From Prasinococcaceae sp. CCMP 1430 (Eukaryota > Plantae > Prasinodermophyta): DNA of 7,193 nucleotides. Location: positions 1 to 7,193 of the forward strand of contig RQSC01000746.1 in the NCBI GenBank assembly GCA_013416795.1, written 5' to 3'. A program made the position numbers and the translations under genes. The notes beneath the pieces were generated by a model. It had not been told where the DNA came from. It saw nothing but the letters and a program-made list of their open reading frames with translations, and did no database searches. Shown here piece after piece: positions 6,809-7,193 of the stretch; position 1 is the first letter of the stretch, and each line of letters begins with the position of its first letter.

Positions 6809-6830
6809 ACAACGCGATATATCGCGTTCT
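6809..6830. repeat. Right subterminal palindrome ACAACGCGAT-at-ATCGCGTTCT
   Basis: Same motif as the left end with one arm mismatch. A more degenerate copy (tagaagttatacgcgttcta) lies just upstream at about 6779-6798. Confidence 0.82.
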
Positions 6831-6833
6831 AAT

Positions 6834-6847
6834 TAAAAAAACACGGG
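6834..6847 (-). repeat. Right terminal inverted repeat TAAAAAAACACGGG
   Basis: Exact reverse complement of 5112-5125 and immediately followed by TTAA. Confidence 0.88.
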
Positions 6848-7193
6848 TTAAGCCGTTAACTTAACGTAGTTGGCGACCCCCACCCCTGCTGCTGGACATT
6901 AGGGTGTCTATCGACAGCTCTCGTCAAGGCCGATCCAACTGCACTAAAGAATCCACCCCCAAAGTCGTATTTTGTGTCGTATTCCTGGATGTAACCCCAG
7001 GAAGGTACAAAGGCCACACCGCTGCCCACACAGCCAAAGTCAGCTACTGTAACAGAACCCGCCTGCCTAACGCGTTTTTTTTCACGAACTTATAACCGCT
7101 GGTAGTCGTCATTTGGCGGTGAGCCGAGCCACACTAATGAAAGTCCGGTGGCTATCCTTGACCCCTTGCCTCAACGTCAGTCAGTTCCGAGCA

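Larger units (their letters stand above)
5112..6847. mobile_element. Non-autonomous piggyBac-like DNA transposon (1736 bp, no transposase ORF)
   Basis: TTAA flanks both ends (5108-5111 and 6848-6851), the termini are 5'-CCC...GGG-3', the 14-bp TIRs are perfect, and related palindromic subterminal motifs occur at both ends. A TTAA duplication with CCC/GGG termini is the piggyBac superfamily signature. No internal ORF exceeds about 107 aa and none has a recognisable DDD transposase fold. Confidence 0.82.

Noticed and set aside
5035-6961. 11-bp direct repeat ATCCACCCCCA at 5035-5045 and 6951-6961 as the TSD of a larger element
   Set aside because: Low-complexity C-rich sequence, and the enclosed ends show no inverted repeats or other terminal signature.
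5236-7095. Short ORFs (62-107 aa) in the DNA transposon interior and right flank
   Set aside because: No motifs, no codon bias like the LINE ORFs, and lengths expected at random.
7127-7154. AGCCAC/GTGGCT hairpin enclosing CTAATGAAAG, reminiscent of a hammerhead core
   Set aside because: The core is CUAAUGA rather than CUGANGA, with no stem II followed by GAAA and no third stem.

Overview
Eukaryotic repeat-rich window holding two transposable elements and no recognisable host gene. (1) An apparently intact, plus-strand, two-ORF non-LTR retrotransposon (LINE) of the RTE group, most like RTE-X/RTEX. ORF1 (ATG 233..1408) has a coiled coil followed by an L1/CR1-type RRM-like module. ORF2 (1490..4972) has an APE endonuclease, a reverse transcriptase (YADD) and an RTE-type C-terminus, and runs straight into a 13-bp tandem-repeat tail (4971..5018). 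(2) A 1736-bp non-autonomous piggyBac-like DNA transposon (5112..6847) with a TTAA duplication, perfect 14-bp TIRs and subterminal 22-bp palindromes, sitting in a TTAA cluster. The most interesting signal is the ORF1/ORF2 junction. The two ORFs share a frame and are separated by a single UAG, all four AUGs before the endonuclease lie in weak context, and the spacer contains a compact H-type pseudoknot with retrovirus-like geometry. This makes it a candidate recoding (readthrough) or reinitiation system in a LINE. Host organism and clade placement cannot be proven from the sequence alone.
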